Source: Lytechinus pictus (taxonomy: Eukaryota). Taken from it: DNA of 64,000 nucleotides. The stretch is from positions 18,106,001 to 18,170,000 of the forward strand of contig NC_087245.1 in assembly GCF_037042905.1 (NCBI RefSeq), written 5' to 3'. The notes under the pieces are model-generated. The model ran no database searches, had not been told where the DNA came from, and worked only from the letters and a program-made list of their open reading frames with translations. Positions 63,807-64,000 of this stretch are shown one piece after another (the stretch's first letter is position 1; the number at the start of each line of letters is the position of its first letter). The position numbers and the translations under genes are program-made.

Positions 63807-63954
63807 AGTGTGGCGAGAGTCTCGTGACCGGGTAGTAGGTTTCCCAGGTCGCTATCATGCTTGGGATCTCAACTATAAGAATGGATTCCTCTACAGTGCC
63901 AACTATTCCTGTGAACTCTCCATGGTTTTGACAGGTGCTGCCTTCTTCCATAAA
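63807..63954 (+). CDS. EXTL3: EXTL3 coding exon 4 ([20 protein letters not shown]...[16 protein letters not shown]); gene continues beyond window
   Basis: Acceptor TTTCAG| at 63806 and donor AAA|GTAAGT at 63955. Phase 2 start completes the split Arg codon. GT64 motifs VGFPGR and [12 protein letters not shown]. Confidence 0.94.
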
Positions 63955-64000
63955 GTAAGTATCTCCTTGTCATTAAAGGTATACTGAAGTGCGTCAATAT

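Overview
Eukaryotic, AT-rich, repeat-dense genomic DNA. It is most likely an echinoderm/sea urchin; this is inferred from repeat style and protein divergence, not proven. The only well-supported protein gene is an exostosin-like 3 (EXTL3/botv-type) heparan sulfate glycosyltransferase on the + strand, with four coding exons at 58631-63954 that continue past the window end. The first ~57 kb hold candidate promoters and non-coding exons plus many non-autonomous transposons with readable TIRs/TSDs: TTAA (Kolobok-like), TA (Tc1/mariner/pogo-like), 3-bp (PIF/Harbinger-like), 5-bp, 7-bp (P-like and hATw-like) and 8-bp (hAT) TSD classes, Helentron/HINE-like elements and tRNA-derived SINEs. Three signals stand out. 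(1) Paired filled/empty comparisons show that the abundant palindromes TACATGTA, TAGGCCTA and TACCGGTA are 6-bp insertions at TA sites, consistent with transposon excision footprints; two tiny P-like footprints also occur. (2) A locally triplicated, inverted ~0.3-0.8 kb promoter-like unit lies at 4.6-20.2 kb and has been repeatedly hit by transposons. (3) Nested insertions are cleanly resolvable. Counts and alignments were done by eye; no database search was run.
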